Shown here: positions 61,420 to 64,000 of the stretch, one piece after another
How positions within the stretch are numbered: the stretch's first letter is position 1
Layout: each line of letters starts with the position of its first letter
NCBI GenBank assembly: GCA_963820825.1
Contig: CAWGBN010000008.1
Location: 615,921-679,920 of the forward strand
Source of the DNA: Vulcanimicrobiota bacterium
GTDB taxonomy: Bacteria; Vulcanimicrobiota; Vulcanimicrobiia; Vulcanimicrobiales; Vulcanimicrobiaceae
DNA: 64,000 nucleotides
Reading direction: 5' to 3'
Program-made: the position numbers and the translations under genes
Notes under the pieces: model-generated
What the model was told of the DNA's origin: nothing
Database searches by the model: none
What the model saw: the letters and a program-made list of their open reading frames with translations, nothing else

Positions 61420-61994
61420 AACCGAGGTACTGGGCTAGGCGAATTCTTGCCGCGTTGGCGCTCGCAGCGATCCTCTGGTTTGCAGTCGGCTGGCTGGACG
61501 CGCAAACCGCCTGTGCCCACGACCCGCGTTTTTCCTGCTCGCCTCGCGACTCTCAGCATGCGGTTGTGATTCCCGACCCGCAAAAATCTTGGGCATATTA
61601 CGGACGCCTCGCTCGCGGGCAACGGGATATCTATCGTGTCGTCTTACGTGACACCCTCGCGCTGCCGCTGAGCGTCTCCGTCGAAACGGCCGACACCGTC
61701 AACCCCGGACGACCTCGCGTGGTCGTCAGCGACTCCTTCCACCGCGCCATCGCGAGAGTGCCGTTCGATCGAGTGCAAGCTTTCTATGAGCCGTTCTCGC
61801 GAATCTCGTATCTTACGACGCCGAATCGGGAGCTAAGCCTTCCCCCCGGAACGTACTCGATCACCGTCACGATGGATCGAGCGACTCTACCGCAGCGTTA
61901 CGTCCTGGCCGTTGGCGCGTCGGAGCGCTTCACGGTCGGCGAAATCCCGTACGTCATCGGCGCCGTCCACCGAATCCGCGTTCGGGGGTACTGA
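61383..61994 (+). CDS. Hypothetical secreted protein (start uncertain)
   Basis: Hydrophobic signal ending ACA-H; FYEPFS and YVLAVGASERF; stop overlaps the next ATG. Confidence 0.6.
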   Translation: MKLEPPLVRSRLEPRYWARRILAALALAAILWFAVGWLDAQTACAHDPRFSCSPRDSQHAVVIPDPQKSWAYYGRLARGQRDIYRVVLRDTLALPLSVSVETADTVNPGRPRVVVSDSFHRAIARVPFDRVQAFYEPFSRISYLTTPNRELSLPPGTYSITVTMDRATLPQRYVLAVGASERFTVGEIPYVIGAVHRIRVRGY

Positions 61995-63437
61995 TGCCGG
62001 CGACGCTGCGCGTACTCGTGACCGGGGCGACCGGCTACATCGGCGGACGACTCGTTCCGCTCTTATACGACCACGGATATACAGTGCGCTGCTTTGCGCG
62101 CGCGGCGCATCGTTTGCGCGGCCGATTCCCATCCGACGTCGAGATCGCCGAAGGTACCATTCACGACCCTGTCGCGTTGAGGACGGCGCTATCGGGCTGC
62201 GACGTTGCCTATTATCTCGTGCACTCGATGAGTTCGACGAAAGAGTTCGCCACGGCGGACCGCGAAGGGGCGCGGAAGTTCGGCGAAGCAGCGAGGGACG
62301 CCGGACTTCGACTCATCATTTACCTCGGCGGCCTCGGAAGCGACCGCGAAACGTTGTCGACGCATTTACGCAGCCGCCACGAGGTCGGCAGCGTGTTACG
62401 AGAAAGCGGAGTCCCGGTCATCGAGTTTCGCGCCGCGCAAATAATCGGAAGTGGCTCGATCAGCTTCGAAATGATTCGTTACCTAACGGAACGCCTTCCG
62501 GTGATGATCGCGCCGCGATGGGTGCAGACGCGCTGCCAGCCGATCGGCGTTCGCGATGTGTTGTCGTACCTTGTCGGGGCCTTGTCGTTGCCGTTCGAAA
62601 ACTGCATCTATGAGATCGGCGGACCTACGGTGCTAACGTATCGTGAAATGATGTTGCGTTACGCGGCCGTGCGCGGCTTGCGACGCTACATTCTAGTGGT
62701 TCCGTTCTTTACCCCCAAACTGTCGTCGTACTGGGTGCATCTCATCACTCCGATACCGGCAACGCTGGCGCAGCCATTAATTTCAGGGGCTTTACAATGA
62801 GGTCGTGGCCCACGACGAGCGCGCCGCTCGCGATTTTCCATCGATTCGTCCACAATCGTTCGACGATGCGCTCGAACTCGCGCTCGATCGGTCGCGGAGC
62901 GCCGATCGCGAGTCAACGTGGTTTGACGCATTTGCGGCTCAAACACCCAAGGGCACTTTCACCGGTCTGGAAGAGGGGATGCTCATCGATCGGCGCGAGC
63001 GCACGGTCAACGCGAGCGCGGGGCGCGCGGCCGAGGTTTTCTCGTCGCTCGGCGGGGCGCGCGGCTGGCTCGCCGCCGACTTTCTCTGGCGAGCGCGCGG
63101 TTGGATCGACCGGGCCGTCGGTGGCACCGGACTGCGGCGAGGGCGCCGCTCGATGAAGAATCTTCGTGTCGGCGATGCGGTCGACTTCTGGCGGGTCGAG
63201 GAGTATCGCCCTGGCGGAATGCTGCGCCTGCGCGCGGAGATGGTGCTTCCCGGTCGAGCGTGGCTGCAGTTTGAGGCCGAACCGCTTTCGGCGGCGAGAA
63301 GCAGGCTCGTGCAGACCGCGTTCTTCGAACCGCGCGGGGTGTGGGGGTATATCTATTGGTACGGGATCATGCCATTTCACGGCATCGTTTTCGGCCGCAT
63401 GATCGAGCAAGTCGTTCGAGCTGCGGAGTCGGGCTGA
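61994..63437 (+). CDS. NAD(P)H-binding SDR + DUF2867 protein (YbjT-like), +1 frameshift at GGGG 62786-62789
   Basis: VTGATGYIGG, YYLVHSM, HLRSRHEVG; removing one G gives ISGLYNEVVAHD and joins VGDAVDFWRV...AEMVLPGRAWL. Confidence 0.85.
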
Positions 63438-63544
63438 CGCGCCCAACGCCGCGCTGACTTCATTCTGTAACGTGGGCGTTTCTTCGTAGCGCCCGGATAC
63501 GAGGATCCATCTCGGCAAGGCGCCGCTGGATCCAGTTTTTCGGC

Positions 63545-63720
63545 GTGGACTTGGCGCAGAGCGGCGTTTGCTTTCGCTCCATCACCCATAGCATTCCATG
63601 CAAGGGCGAGTTCGAGCGCTCCGAGTTGGCCGGATCACGTGGCCGTCCAGCGGATTCTGGGGCATTCTACGGCGGCAACTACGCTCGACGTTTACGGACA
63701 CGACCCCAGGGCACCGCCAT
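63545..63720 (+). pseudogene. Tyrosine recombinase C-terminal remnant
   Basis: 63639-63701 VAVQRILGHSTAATTLDVYGH, the conserved LGH...T..Y catalytic Tyr motif. Confidence 0.75.
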
Positions 63721-63809
63721 GCGATCAAGGTGCTGGACGGCTGCTCCGACGCAAAGCGTCCAGCGAGTGCTTTTGTAGCAGGGGCTGTAGCAAAACACCG
63801 TGGCGTGAA

Positions 63810-63833
63810 AGACGCTCGTCAAGTCGAGCGTCT
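63810..63833 (-). terminator. Hairpin immediately 3' of the CCA of att copy 6
   Basis: Minus strand AGACGCTCG-ACTTGA-CGAGCGTCT followed by TTC. Confidence 0.6.
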
Positions 63834-63835
63834 CT

Positions 63836-63925
63836 TGGTAGCGCCAACGGGAATCGAACTGAGCATAGCGGTCCTGGCCGTTCCGCCTAGCTACTGAAGA
63901 GGTCGATGGAATAAGGGTTTTCGCG
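63836..63925 (-). repeat. tRNA 3'-end repeat copy 6 (63836-63859) plus divergent type-A-like arm
   Basis: TGGTAGCGCCAACGGGAATCGAAC then GTCCTGGCCGTTCC...ATAAGGGTTTTCGCG. Confidence 0.85.
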
Positions 63926-64000
63926 ATGCCTCACTCCTGACCGTTCCGGCCAGATTCTACCCTTTTCTGACCCGTCTGTTACACGGGCGTTACACGGGGT

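Larger units (their letters stand above)
32298..64000. mobile_element. Tandem array of decayed tRNA-targeting integrative elements or cassettes
   Basis: Six co-oriented tRNA 3'-end copies, two arm families, two integrase scars, a TA remnant and duplicated cargo. Confidence 0.75.

Noticed and set aside
32298..63859. CRISPR array interpretation of the ~25-nt repeats
   Set aside because: Spacing is kilobases and irregular, the repeat is a tRNA 3' end, and there are no cas genes.
32298..64000. Classical integron (attC cassettes)
   Set aside because: No intI and no RYYYAAC...GTTRRRY palindromic attC pattern recognised; segments hold several genes in both orientations.

Overview
GC-rich bacterial accessory region with no rRNA, intact tRNA, CRISPR array or intact mobile-element enzyme that I can see. 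The many secreted beta-propeller lipoproteins (GCGG-type lipoboxes, GloVer, HAF, Vgb, PQQ-like) suggest a soil Eremiobacterota (Vulcanimicrobiia)-like organism; this is an inference. The left half (1-29 kb) is mixed cargo: a tauD-APC permease-threonine synthase-like operon, a nirK-like copper enzyme, a flap endonuclease, a DEAD-box helicase with no canonical start codon, and two PDZ-multiTM-GAF membrane proteins. The main structure is in the right half (about 29-64 kb): at least six co-oriented copies of a tRNA 3' end (minus strand GGTTCGATTCCCGTTGGCGCTACCA, probably tRNA-Glu) divide the DNA into 2-20 kb cargo segments. The copies are flanked by two recurring arm families, terminator hairpins, two tyrosine-integrase scars, a dead higB with intact higA, and reshuffled duplicate gene fragments. 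This looks like a tandem, cassette-like array of decayed islands serially integrated at one tRNA, which is predicted to lie just beyond the right edge. Five small-indel frameshifts in four otherwise intact genes may be sequencing errors. All family assignments are from motif recognition; no database searches were run.
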